Of a DNA stretch of 64,000 nucleotides, positions 61,915-64,000 are shown one piece after another. A model generated the notes under the pieces. The model did no database searches. It was not told where the DNA came from and saw only the letters and a list, made by a program, of their open reading frames with translations. Made by a program: the position numbers and the translations under genes. This DNA is from Callorhinchus milii (Eukaryota). Positions within the stretch are counted from its first letter, which is position 1, and each line of letters begins with the position of its first letter. The DNA is taken from NCBI RefSeq assembly GCF_018977255.1, contig NW_024704772.1, positions 2,232,001 to 2,296,000 on the forward strand, read 5' to 3'.

Positions 61915-62310
61915 GGGAGTCCTGTAGCTCAGTGGTGAGAGCGCTCGCCTCGCAAGCGAGAGGAACCGGGTTCGATTCCCGGGCGGGTCAGGGCGCAACT
62001 GTAGGCAAGTTTCCTTACTCCCCACACGCACACGCGCACGCACACGCGCTCACGCACACGCCTCTGTTTACCAGCAATGATTAGGTTGATGGATTGCGGG
62101 GGAAATAATATCTCCCCAAAAATGCGGTCACTCAATCCGCGGCTGTTTGTGGGGACGCTGCTGTGCGCGATCGGCTGCCGCGATTCGCCCACAAAACACA
62201 CAGTCACTCAATCCACGATCCATTATTCCAGTATATTCTGAGGAGCGCTTTGAGACGTCTCGATGACGTTATAAGACGCTGTATCGAATGCGATTACTAT
62301 TAATATTATC
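61915..62310 (+). mobile_element. tRNA-derived SINE
   Basis: GGGGAGTCCTGTAGCTCAGTGG..GGTTCGATTCCC head and the standard tail. Confidence 0.8.
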
Positions 62311-62764
62311 ACATCAAATGCATCTGCCATAAGGATTTCAAACCTGGGACCTTCCTGATCCCAATCCCGATCCCAAACCCGATCCCAGTCCCCAGTGTTC
62401 GAAAGGACATAAAATCTTCCCTCCAAGAACCATGTGAGTTGTAAAGAGATCTTCATAGTAATATTTGTGTTTGATGTATAACGCCTTATCATGTAGTTGA
62501 GACGTCTCGAAGACCCCCTCACGGGATATCTATTATAAAGCGAATTGCCCGTATACTCTGCGGGAGAAACAAGGCAGACAATTGCGTACAGCAGTGTCCC
62601 ACGGACGCAAAGTCGTGGATTGAGTGACCAAATCGTTATTATTATTTATCGGAAGAGATTATGAACCCCCCCCCCACCCCACCCCACACCCCCCCCCGGG
62701 AAAATGATCCTGGAATCTCACGTTAATCTAATAATAATAATAATAATCCTTGCCATTTTCCCTC

Positions 62765-63005
62765 TGTCTCCATCCCTTGAAGACGGCGGCTTTGACCCTC
62801 GCGTCTACCCCTCAAGCGAAGGAGTATCCGGCGCCGCCTGACGTCCGCGGTCGCTATCCGGGGTCGTTCCCCTATGGTTGTTGCCAGTTCCTGCCAGGCT
62901 CCGTCACCCAGGCCGCTCGTCCGTCGCCCGATTTGCCGGCTGCCCGCCCCGTCTCTGATCTCATGACCGAGGTAAATGAGGTTGTTGTTCTCCCTTTCCA
63001 TTGTT
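62765..63005 (-). mobile_element. Degenerate RTE-like LINE fragment
   Basis: LIYLGHEI..QIGRRTSGLG..AWQEL resembles the post-RT 'YLG..EI.RRI..G..AF..L' region. Confidence 0.5.
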
Positions 63006-63141
63006 CGGAAAAATTCGAGGCTAAATGGTCTCTCGGGGGGGAGATGAGGTGGTAAATTTAGGGCCTCTCAAACCCCTTTGCTTCTTTTTTTATCCTCCTG
63101 GGAGGGGGGGTGGGGGGGGGAAAGCTTGGCCAGACAGCGCG

Positions 63142-63172
<31 letters not shown>

Positions 63173-63342
63173 AATGGCCAAGCTAACGTATGGTCTGAGC
63201 TGGTTAGACTCCAGCAGTTACCCCCAACGCACACTCAGACCCAACCTCCTTCCTCCCCCCCACCACCCCCAAAGCCTTGACTCTCGCCAACCTGCGCCTA
63301 ATACTCTCCAGAATTAGGTGAGCAGGGTGCGTCCCCCCCCCC

Positions 63343-63387
<45 letters not shown>

Positions 63388-63622
63388 GAGGGAGTGGGGA
63401 GCGAGAGCCCATTCCGTTCCAACCGTCTATCGTTGGGGTTTTCCAGGTGTAGGTCGGGAGACCTGGAATCCTCCGCTTGGGTTTGGAGACTCTTAAGTGA
63501 CGGTGACGGGTTTCCGCGCGCGCGCGCTCGCGTGTTTTTGTGCGCGTGTGTGTGTGTGTGTGTCAGACACCCCCAAAAAATGTTTTCCCCCCCCCCACAC
63601 GCACCCCACCCCACACCCCCAG

Positions 63623-63788
63623 GTGCTCTCTGCAAGCGGAGTCTTGCGTACACTGGCCACCGAGGAGCATCCGATGGGAGCCGATGCCATGTACGATAAA
63701 CTGCGGATGCTGAACGTGCAGACGGGGAACTGGGGCGCCCGGGCGGGTTGGTACCAGGAGAACACGGTGGCCGGGCAGGGAAACGCAG
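63623..63788 (+). CDS. PAX10: Pax6-family linker exon (equivalent to PAX6 exon 7) of the paired-less paralogue Pax10/Pax6.2; probable start ATG at 63674; gene continues beyond the window
   Basis: 166-nt AG..GT exon encoding [55 protein letters not shown], versus PAX6 [55 protein letters not shown] (same recalled length and phases). Conservation rises sharply from the MGAD Met. No intact paired-box exon lies upstream. Divergent linkage to RCN3 parallels RCN1-PAX6. Confidence 0.88.
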
Positions 63789-64000
63789 GTACCATTGACG
63801 TTAACTCCCCTCCGACGCCCTCCCAACCCCCCGCGCACCCCCCCCCCGTCCCCGTCCCCGTCCCCATCCCCGCGCCTCGTCGTCGTTCTCGAGCCACTTT
63901 TCTACGGTAGCCGGAATTTCGCCCACAGAAAGAGACACGCGGCCACTTCGCTCGTACGCGGCGCGTCCTGCGAAGCGCTTTGAGGCGTCTCGGAGGCGCG

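Noticed and set aside
63623-63788. Calling the exon canonical PAX6
   Set aside because: The pre-Met part of the exon is degenerate, no intact paired box lies upstream, and the neighbours are RCN3/NOSIP/PRRG2 rather than RCN1/WT1/ELP4.

Overview
Vertebrate genomic DNA, dense in introns and repeats. The repeat content (very abundant tRNA-derived SINEs with L2-like tails, plus CR1/L2 fragments) suggests a cartilaginous fish, probably a chimaera. I reconstructed four complete spliced genes by hand, with consistent exon phases: PRRG2 (-), NOSIP (+), RCN3 (-) and FBXO47 (+). At the right edge is the first coding exon of a paired-less Pax6 paralogue, Pax10/Pax6.2 (+). The PRRG2-NOSIP-RCN3-Pax10 block is the ohnologue of the PRRG4-RCN1-PAX6 block. 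Main observations: (1) RCN3 has a second, intact terminal exon, too short for the ORF track, that would swap the C-terminus from reticulocalbin-type HDEL to calumenin-type HDEF. (2) Upstream of the Pax10 coding exon lies a collinear series of apparent fossils of the lost Pax6 5' architecture: an NRE/alpha-like enhancer, degenerate paired-box exon 5 and exon 6 remnants, and a 5a-like cassette. (3) The PRRG2 Gla domain is unusual (two extra Cys, eroded aromatic stack). (4) There are two probable GC-AG introns and a perfect 33-bp TTAA-ended hairpin. All comparisons to human sequences are from memory and need confirming by alignment. Most long ORFs in the track are microsatellite or SINE artefacts.
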